From Chloroflexia bacterium (lineage in GTDB: Bacteria; Chloroflexota; Chloroflexia; QHBQ01; JADMIH01): a stretch of DNA of 64,000 nt. The translations under genes and the position numbers were made by a program. The DNA lies in NCBI GenBank assembly GCA_038203825.1, contig JBBRDO010000003.1, positions 7,591-71,590 on the forward strand, in the 5' to 3' direction. The notes under the pieces were generated by a model. The model did not search any database, was not told the origin of the DNA, and worked only from the letters and a program-made list of their open reading frames with translations. Of this stretch, positions 28,665-35,605 are shown one piece after another (position 1 is the stretch's first letter; the number at the start of each line of letters is the position of its first letter).

Positions 28665-28694
28665 TTGACACGTTGCGCGATTATCAAGTATGAT
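28665..28694 (+). promoter_or_regulatory. Candidate promoter of the LTD/PPC exoprotein gene (TTGACA-18 nt-TATGAT)
   Basis: TTGACA 28665-28670, TATGAT 28689-28694. Confidence 0.45.
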
Positions 28695-28819
28695 GACGTG
28701 GGCGTTCAGAGCGCTCGCGGCCGCACTTGCTCGTGGTCTTTTTCCTCGCGCTGCCGGCTTCTGCACTCACTTTTATGCGACGGTTTTTCAGGCGCAAAAG
28801 TAGATAGGAGATATCGCTC

Positions 28820-31309
28820 ATGCCGCGTTCCGCACAACGCAATCGCCTCTTCCGAATTACTTTGGCTTGCGTAATGATAATATCGTCGGTATTTACGCTG
28901 GCGGGACTCAAGAACGCCAAGGCTGAGCCCAATACAGCGTCGTTGCCTGCAAGCCCCAACGGACTCGTTATTAACGAAGTGTGGGACAGCCAGACGGTAT
29001 CGGCAGAGTATTTCGAGCTTTATAACACGAGCGCGGTTAGCATCGATCTGTCGACCTATGTTATTTACAACCATGATGGTAGCAATCCCTTGTCTCTGCT
29101 GGGCAATCCGATTATCACCGCAGGCCAGTTTCGCGTAATCGGTCCCACCCAGTTGGGCACACCGACAATCGCCGGGTCTGGTCTGGCTCCGACAGACTTT
29201 CTCGGGTTGAAAACCGTATCTCCTGCAGATCAGGTGATTGACGTCGTTAACTACGGTAATGCACCCGATCCCAGTTGGCCCAACTATGATATGTTTTCGG
29301 CCTACTTCTTCGATGCGGGCACGCAGCCCAATATGATTACCGGCGGCCCAAAGTCGATCCAGCGCTGGCCCGACGGCAAAGACACCGACCTGGGCTCCGA
29401 CTTCCAGCAGATTGATAAGTCTCCAGGTGCTCCGTCGTGCGGCGACCCGTATGAGCCGGATGATACTCTCGGTTCCGCTTCCCTGCAGAATGCAGGCACT
29501 ACGAATCTGCACCGGATTTGCCCCGCTAACGACAACGACTTTATCGCATTCACCGCCTCGCCTTCCTTTACCTACACTCTGCAGGCAACCGCTGTAGGAT
29601 CGCGCGTCGATACGTTGCTGCGCCTCTATGACACCAGCGGCAACCTTGTCGCCGAGAACAACCCCGATCCCAGCCGGGACAGCCAGATTACCTTCTTGCC
29701 CAACGGCGCCGGCACTTATCGCGCGCAGGTGGTTGACCGTAATAGTCAGGGAGGCAATGGGCCTGATTACCTCTACAACTTCAGTATCATCCAGGTATCT
29801 GCGTCCACCCCGACGCCATCTCTATCTGTCACGCCGACCCCTATTGCTTGTGAAGACCAATACGAGCCCGACAACCGTTTCCCACAAGAGGCCAAGCCCC
29901 TTGAATTGAATACTGAACAGGTGCACACCTTTTGCTTGAGCGGCGGCGGCCCGGATACGGACTGGATGAGCTTTGTCGCCAGCGCGGGAAAGATCTATTC
30001 GTTCTATACCAAAGACCTGAGCGGCCCGACAGACACTCTGTTGTCGCTCTACCAGTCGGACGGCACCAAACTGTACCAGAATGATGACTACGACCCCGGT
30101 CAGGGGCTGGCGTCGCGCATCGACTGGTGGTTTACTACGCCTGGTGTATATTACCTGGCGGCACGGGAAAAGCGAAACGGCAACTCCCCGGCCTACCGTT
30201 ACACTGTCGGCGTCACGACAACCGGAGAACTTCCGCCCACCGGCACCGCTACAGCAAGTCCTACGCTCAGCCCTTACAGTCCCACTCCTACGACGGGCCC
30301 TTGCGACGATGCGTACGAGCCCGACGGTGTGCCCGCCACCGCCAAGCTTATCTACATTGGGCAAACGCAAAACCATAGTATTTGCCCTGCCGGCGATGCC
30401 GACTGGGTCCGCTTCTTTGGGCGTGCCGGCAAAGAGTACACCATCAGTACTGCGAACCTGGGCATCGGGCTGGACACTTACATGTGGCTCTTCGATAGCG
30501 ACGGAGAGACTATCCTTGCCTACAATGATGACGGCGGTATTGGTGTTTCTTCAAGAATAGATTTCTTCCCAGCCAGGGATGCGTACTATTATGTGCAAGT
30601 GAAGAATGCGGGCGACCTGGCTCTTCCCCAGATGACCTATGATCTGAGCCTCGTGGTTACTCCCGGTGCCCCTCAACCTCCGGGCACGGCGACAGGCATT
30701 ATCGCGCCTGTTGTTACCGTCACAGGGGGACCTGAAGATGCGACGCCTACTACCCTGGTATTGCCGACTAAACCGCCAGTGCCAACTCCGACGCAGGGAG
30801 TAATTCTTCCTACGCCCGAATTGCCGAATGCCACACCGACTAGTAGCACAGGCGATCAAGGCCCGCCGACGAAACAGCCCCTACCCACAGCAACGCCGGT
30901 AGGGACCGCAACCGCCTCGATTCCGGGCATCCCTGGCACAGGAATGGGCGAGCTGCCTGTTGCAGATACGGTTCAACAACCGATACCTGTCGTGCAGCAG
31001 CCGGCCGCAGTCAAATTGGCACCTATACTTTTCCGCGTATTCTACGACCGCGACCACAGCAATAGCTTTGGCACCGGAGAAGGGATACGTGGGATAAACG
31101 TGACTTTCCTTGATGTTACCGAGAATCTGGCACCCTCCGGTGGCCTTGTGACATCGGCTGCTGGAGACGGCACGCTTAGCCTCCCGGCGCGGCTCCAACG
31201 CGTGAACATCCCATATCTGGATGTTAACATGCCGTTGGCTCGCTTCCCGGAGCGCGAGTTGCATTCGCTCTGGCTACCGCCTGTGCAGTTGCCGGACCGT
31301 GTGCCGTAA
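28820..31309 (+). CDS. Secreted multidomain protein: lamin-tail domain (LTD) + three PPC (pre-peptidase C-terminal)-like domains + PT-rich linker + C-terminal beta domain
   Basis: Signal peptide. LVINEVW...EYFELYN LTD signature. Three repeats begin C(G/E/D)D.YEPD and contain D.D(F/W)..F and DT.L.LY.SDG/SGN. Confidence 0.75.
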   Translation: MPRSAQRNRLFRITLACVMIISSVFTLAGLKNAKAEPNTASLPASPNGLVINEVWDSQTVSAEYFELYNTSAVSIDLSTYVIYNHDGSNPLSLLGNPIITAGQFRVIGPTQLGTPTIAGSGLAPTDFLGLKTVSPADQVIDVVNYGNAPDPSWPNYDMFSAYFFDAGTQPNMITGGPKSIQRWPDGKDTDLGSDFQQIDKSPGAPSCGDPYEPDDTLGSASLQNAGTTNLHRICPANDNDFIAFTASPSFTYTLQATAVGSRVDTLLRLYDTSGNLVAENNPDPSRDSQITFLPNGAGTYRAQVVDRNSQGGNGPDYLYNFSIIQVSASTPTPSLSVTPTPIACEDQYEPDNRFPQEAKPLELNTEQVHTFCLSGGGPDTDWMSFVASAGKIYSFYTKDLSGPTDTLLSLYQSDGTKLYQNDDYDPGQGLASRIDWWFTTPGVYYLAAREKRNGNSPAYRYTVGVTTTGELPPTGTATASPTLSPYSPTPTTGPCDDAYEPDGVPATAKLIYIGQTQNHSICPAGDADWVRFFGRAGKEYTISTANLGIGLDTYMWLFDSDGETILAYNDDGGIGVSSRIDFFPARDAYYYVQVKNAGDLALPQMTYDLSLVVTPGAPQPPGTATGIIAPVVTVTGGPEDATPTTLVLPTKPPVPTPTQGVILPTPELPNATPTSSTGDQGPPTKQPLPTATPVGTATASIPGIPGTGMGELPVADTVQQPIPVVQQPAAVKLAPILFRVFYDRDHSNSFGTGEGIRGINVTFLDVTENLAPSGGLVTSAAGDGTLSLPARLQRVNIPYLDVNMPLARFPERELHSLWLPPVQLPDRVP

Positions 31310-31403
31310 CCGTAAGCAAACGCACTCTGGGCGAAAGTAGCGGGTATCATCCGTACTCCTGTATACTGTCTAATGCGAACAAATCTAGATGAGGCTAATT
31401 TGA

Positions 31404-32297
31404 ATGACTAACGACCATTCGAGCGACAACATGGAACCCGATCTATTAAGCCATGATCAACATGGCAATGATGATCACGCCCTCGCAGATCACGGTCATG
31501 GCGATCATGCTCACGAGGATCCTGCTGATGAGGCATCTACTCTGGTACGGGTTGCCGGCCGCCAACTGATCCTGCCTGCTATTATTCTGATTATCGTGGC
31601 TATCTTGCTGTGGGGCCCTGTCACAGGGGCCTTTGCTCCCAAGCCGGGTTCGGCGGGCACAAGCACGTCAATTGCACCAACACCCACGGCGCTGCCCCCG
31701 ACACCGGTACCGACTGTTGCGCCCACCGGCATAACGACGCCCGCAGCGACCGTTCCACTTCAGACCACCCAGCCCGCCGGAAACGCTTCAAATGGTTCGC
31801 CGCCGCTTGCTGGGACGAACGTCCCCAGTGCAGCGGATCTAGCTACTCGCACGGCTGTTGCTCAGGCGGGAGAACAGGGAATCGTCACCCGCGCACCGGT
31901 CGAACTCGATTTCGCAGGCGTGAAATTCATGGTGCAGACCGGAAGTGATGTGCTCCCCGATTGGCAGCCGCCCACGAGCGACGGAGAGGCGGTCTGGATA
32001 CGGGGAACTTACGCCAACCACATACTGTTTCTGCCCTATAATCAGTCCAACGCCACATTGTTCCGGGCAACCAAAGTAGGCGACCTCATAACTTTGCAGA
32101 TGGATAGCGGGCAGACGTTTCAATTTACAGTTACGCGCTCTGAGCGTGCATTTAACGGTCCACCCAATACGCCGGATCAGTTCACGACAAATACTGCGAT
32201 GAACCAGGATCACGCCGGTGTAACCCTGTTCCTGGTGGGCGACCCTTCAGCCGACAGGGCGGTCGTACAAGCCGACTTCAACGGCAACATTCAGTAG
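31404..32297 (+). CDS. His-rich N-terminus + single TM + PT linker + sortase-like C-terminal domain lacking the catalytic Cys
   Basis: HDQHGNDDHALADHGHGDHAHED, TM LILPAIILIIVAILLW. The C-terminal ANHILF...VGDLITLQMDSGQTFQFTVT...GVTLFLVGDPSADRAVV aligns by eye with the sortase AGH...GD.I......Y.V...LTL.TC...R blocks (TC replaced by VG). Confidence 0.6.
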   Translation: MTNDHSSDNMEPDLLSHDQHGNDDHALADHGHGDHAHEDPADEASTLVRVAGRQLILPAIILIIVAILLWGPVTGAFAPKPGSAGTSTSIAPTPTALPPTPVPTVAPTGITTPAATVPLQTTQPAGNASNGSPPLAGTNVPSAADLATRTAVAQAGEQGIVTRAPVELDFAGVKFMVQTGSDVLPDWQPPTSDGEAVWIRGTYANHILFLPYNQSNATLFRATKVGDLITLQMDSGQTFQFTVTRSERAFNGPPNTPDQFTTNTAMNQDHAGVTLFLVGDPSADRAVVQADFNGNIQ

Positions 32298-32305
32298 CGC
32301 TCGAA

Positions 32306-32329
32306 CCGATCGGATTTCGTTCCGATCGG
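32306..32329 (+). other. Intergenic 9-bp perfect hairpin (CCGATCGGA-TTTCGT-TCCGATCGG)
   Basis: Lies between the stop at 32297 and the GTG at 32351. No strong U-tract; possibly a processing or partial-termination signal. Confidence 0.3.
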
Positions 32330-32350
32330 CCCTGGAATTTCCCTAAACTC

Positions 32351-33130
32351 GTGCCAAGTCCCGTTCAACCAGGTCAGACTTTGCTCTTTCTAGGCGACCA
32401 TACCTCGCCGGGCGATACTGCGTACGTCGGTATCATGGGTGGAATTATCGCACGCTTCTTCCCCGACCTTCACTTGAACCTGCTCTCTTCCGGGTCGCCC
32501 GGACAAACTGCGCGTGGTTTGCGTTCCGCGGCCCTTATCGAGATCATCGTTTCCAGCAAACCTGACTGGCTTGTGATCGGAATTGGCCTCGCGGATGCGA
32601 TGCGCGAGCCAGAGGTGCGTAGATATCTCGATCTTGAATCTCAGCCGGTGCCACGTGAAAGCGCCGAGGCCGAGGCAACGTTCGGGCCTGTTATGAGCAT
32701 GAAGGGCTACAGACTCGCCCCGGTGGACGATGTCGGTCGGGAACCGGATCCGGTGATGCACCACCTGGAAAGTTTCGCTACCGATTATGCAGCGGCGTTG
32801 ACAGAGCTACGCAGTTCGGGCGTGAATTGCGCCGCGCTGACCACTGTACTTGTCGGTAACGATCCCCACACCCAGGTGAACCGAGTCCTGGGGGCATACA
32901 ACCGCGTCGTGCGCGCAGCCGCCGCCGAATCTGACGCGCTGCTGGTGGACATTGAGAAGGCGTGCAGGCATATCCTGGATAGAGCGGTCAATTACAAGCA
33001 GCGCGTTGCCCTAGCATCCTCCAGTGGCCGAATAAATGCGCAGGGAGAAGCTTTGCTAGCGAGAACGACATTGAACGCGTTCGGTATTTTGCCGCAGCCA
33101 GGCCAGCGCCCGGGATCTCAGGCTCCTTGA
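32351..33130 (+). CDS. SGNH/GDSL-fold-like protein with substituted catalytic residues
   Basis: Block I LLFLGDHTS (Ser to His). Block II SSGSPGQTARGL. Block III IGIGLAD (Asn to Ala). Block V SGRINAQGEALLA (Asp/His not conserved). No signal peptide; GTG start. Confidence 0.5.
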   Translation: MPSPVQPGQTLLFLGDHTSPGDTAYVGIMGGIIARFFPDLHLNLLSSGSPGQTARGLRSAALIEIIVSSKPDWLVIGIGLADAMREPEVRRYLDLESQPVPRESAEAEATFGPVMSMKGYRLAPVDDVGREPDPVMHHLESFATDYAAALTELRSSGVNCAALTTVLVGNDPHTQVNRVLGAYNRVVRAAAAESDALLVDIEKACRHILDRAVNYKQRVALASSSGRINAQGEALLARTTLNAFGILPQPGQRPGSQAP

Positions 33131-33178
33131 AGCCGATTTCCTTGTTTTGTTGCGCCTGGGTGCCCCAAGTAGCGTAGA

Positions 33179-35593
33179 TTACCGTTTCAGGAAGATTATA
33201 TAAACGAGCAAGGACACTGACACCAGTACAGCGAAAGGTACCCAAGGAAATGCTCGCAGCGAACCCCAGATGCCTTCTGTGCCACGACCCGCTCCATCCT
33301 GAGTGCGAGAATGGTAGGGCACGTCTGCGACCACTGTGTTCGGCCTGAATAGGAGTGAAGCCTTCAGGCGAAGAGCGCTCTGGTTATGCAACAGGTACTC
33401 CCATGGACGTCCCGGCAGGAATTCCGGTAGAACGATCGTGATTGTATCTTTCGGCGATTGCCGGTCAAGCGCATCTATATACGATAGCAGTGGTCCTATG
33501 AGCGACCGGAATGGCGACTCAATAATCACCAGTGCTATGTCAGACTCCGGCAGCGCTTTGTGCCAGTCCCTGCTGAATCTCTCCGCTTCTTCTAGATCTT
33601 CGCCTTCCACAATATGTACTGCCGTGACGTTCTTGCTCAGCGAACGTGCATAGTTTAGCGCGCTAAGTGTGATGGGGTTTAGCCTTGACACCGGAACCAC
33701 GAAGGTATGCTGGAAGGGCTGCGGGTACAGTTGGTCCGCCTGCTCAACTTCCGCCGCTATCCGCCTATAATGCCTGTTTATTGTAAGAAATAGCACTATC
33801 AGGATAGGAATAAGTAGAATTACGATCCAGGCCCCGCTCATGAATTTGGTCACGGCCGACATGATCAACACGATCAACGTAGCAAGTGCCCCCATGCCGT
33901 TGATCAGCATGCTCCTCTGCCAGCCAGGCGTTCGTTCGCGCCACCATTTAACTACCATGCCCGACTGCGACAGGGTGAACGAGTTGAACACACCCACGGT
34001 GTAAAGTGGGATGAGTGCCGTCGTGTCGCCGTTGAATGCGATTAAGAGCACGCAAGCCATGATCGCGAGCGTGACAATGCCCCACGAATACGCCAGGCGG
34101 TCGCCGCGGAAAGAATATTGATGTGGCATGAACTTGTCGCGCGCCAGGAAGTATGCCAGACGTGGGAAGTCGGAGAAAGCCGTATTGGCAGCTAACACCA
34201 GGATCAGCGCGGTGGCGACGTTCAGCCCCACCCAGAATATATTGTCGCCAAAGACCGTGCGTGCCAGTTGAGATAGTATTGTTTCCTGATCACTGGGCTG
34301 AAGCCTGAGCTGATTTGCCAGCAATGTAATTCCACCGAACATCGCAATAGCAAGGATCGCCATCCAGAGCAGGGTCGAACGCGCATTCTTGGATTCGGGC
34401 GGCTGGAACGCCGGAACGCCGTCTGCGATTGCTTCGACCCCTGTCAGGGCGGTACAACCCTGTGTGAAAGCCCGAAGCAACAGGAACGGCGAGACGACAT
34501 CTCGGCCAAAATCTATCACCTGGGCGGGCGGAACATATACAGGCTGCCCCTGAAAGCCAAAGTACACTCGCAAAAGTCCATAGGCGATGAGTGCAAGCAC
34601 ACCCACAACGAAGATGTACGTTGGCACCGCGAATATGTTCCCGGCTTCGCGCACACCTCTCAGGTTGGCTATCGTAACAAGTAGGACAACCCCAAGACAG
34701 ATCTCAACGCGATAAGGCTGTACGCTCGGAACCAGTGAGTAAATAGCCGCTATGCCCGCAGAAACGCTCACGGCCACCGTCATCGTGTAGTCTATGAGAA
34801 TTGAGGCGGCAGCAGTCAATCCTGCGAGCGTGCCGAGATTATCCTTGGCGACAATGTATGAACCCCCGCCCCTCGGGTACGCGGCGATAGTTTGGCGGTA
34901 CGACGATGCAACGATCGCTAGCAGCAGCATGACTGCCATGGCTATAGGAAGCGTGTACGAGTACGCGCTTGCTGCCCCTACGACCGTCACACCAATCAGG
35001 ACGCGGAGTATTTCCTCGGTAGCATATGCGACGGATGATAGAGCGTCAGACGACAGGACGGCTAACGCCTTGACCTTAGTCAGGCGCTCGTGTGCTGCCT
35101 GCTCGGTGCTGAGGGGAGCGCCTATGAGTACTCGCTTGATAGGGGCAATGAACTCCCCGAATCTCGTTCGCGGCGCCTCGGTTTCAATTGATGCCGACAG
35201 TAGCCCCGAGCTAATCCGCCGAAAGGCACCGACGTGTCGTTCGTACCGCACGTACGTGTCGCCGGGGCGGCTACCCCGCACCAACTCCTGCTGGCGAAGA
35301 TCTGAGGAAGCTCTGTATTCTGTCTCCTGTGGCGGGCGTTGCGCGGTCTGCGCGTATCCGGCCGCACTACTTTCGACGGCGCCTGGTGTTCTTGGTGTTT
35401 CTGTACCGCCCGATGATTCCGAGTTCGCTTGCTTTTCAAGAGCCACGAACGCCGAATCGTCAGTCGTTTCGGGCATCAGTCGTATGCTCCGGCGTTTGCG
35501 ATTGCTGTCCTCGCCTGGACCACGGTCCAGCCGAGCATGCGCCCGGTCCTGGGCTTCATTGTTACCTGTCTGAGGCGAATGGTCGTCATTCAT
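33179..35593 (-). CDS. kimA: KimA-type K+/H+ symporter (APC superfamily) with ~160-aa N-terminal extension, copy A
   Basis: KALAVLSSDALSSVAYATEEIL, YRQTIAAYPRGGGSYIVAKDNLG, GCTALTGVEAIADGVPAF, LVLAANTAFSDFPRLAYFLARDKFMP and LHNQSALRLK...VADVPY match my recollection of B. subtilis KimA along the whole length, including the cytoplasmic C-domain. Confidence 0.8.
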   Translation of the reverse strand: MNDDHSPQTGNNEAQDRAHARLDRGPGEDSNRKRRSIRLMPETTDDSAFVALEKQANSESSGGTETPRTPGAVESSAAGYAQTAQRPPQETEYRASSDLRQQELVRGSRPGDTYVRYERHVGAFRRISSGLLSASIETEAPRTRFGEFIAPIKRVLIGAPLSTEQAAHERLTKVKALAVLSSDALSSVAYATEEILRVLIGVTVVGAASAYSYTLPIAMAVMLLLAIVASSYRQTIAAYPRGGGSYIVAKDNLGTLAGLTAAASILIDYTMTVAVSVSAGIAAIYSLVPSVQPYRVEICLGVVLLVTIANLRGVREAGNIFAVPTYIFVVGVLALIAYGLLRVYFGFQGQPVYVPPAQVIDFGRDVVSPFLLLRAFTQGCTALTGVEAIADGVPAFQPPESKNARSTLLWMAILAIAMFGGITLLANQLRLQPSDQETILSQLARTVFGDNIFWVGLNVATALILVLAANTAFSDFPRLAYFLARDKFMPHQYSFRGDRLAYSWGIVTLAIMACVLLIAFNGDTTALIPLYTVGVFNSFTLSQSGMVVKWWRERTPGWQRSMLINGMGALATLIVLIMSAVTKFMSGAWIVILLIPILIVLFLTINRHYRRIAAEVEQADQLYPQPFQHTFVVPVSRLNPITLSALNYARSLSKNVTAVHIVEGEDLEEAERFSRDWHKALPESDIALVIIESPFRSLIGPLLSYIDALDRQSPKDTITIVLPEFLPGRPWEYLLHNQSALRLKASLLFRPNTVVADVPYHSRTQDGAGRGTEGIWGSLRAFPWVPFAVLVSVSLLVYIIFLKR

Positions 35594-35605
35594 CAGATTA
35601 TGCCT

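Noticed and set aside
28345-28671. N-terminal 109-aa extension of the rpmI ORF, and the possibility of an infC gene with an unusual (AUU) start.
   Set aside because: The extension has no L35 or IF3 similarity. ATG 28344 has a good SD. None of the three minus-strand frames in 28345-28819 reads as IF3.
28706-29512. 268-aa minus-strand ORF overlapping the start of the LTD/PPC gene.
   Set aside because: It is a shadow frame of a strongly supported + strand gene. It would also run through the + strand promoter region.
29400-30700. Repetitive nucleotide stretches that might suggest a CRISPR or tandem-repeat array.
   Set aside because: They are in-frame coding repeats (three PPC domains and PT linkers), not short, regularly spaced direct repeats with unique spacers.
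30700-30960. LPxT-like strings (LPTKP, LPTAT) in the PT-rich part of the 829-aa exoprotein as possible sortase signals.
   Set aside because: They are not followed by a hydrophobic segment plus a positively charged tail, and they are embedded in a low-complexity PT linker.
34794-35573. 259-aa plus-strand ORF inside KimA copy A. Similar antisense ORFs occur at 24103-24768, 21155-21682, 11190-11717, 23556-24122 and 54403-55020.
   Set aside because: All lie opposite genes with clear family motifs, and none shows motifs or an RBS of its own.
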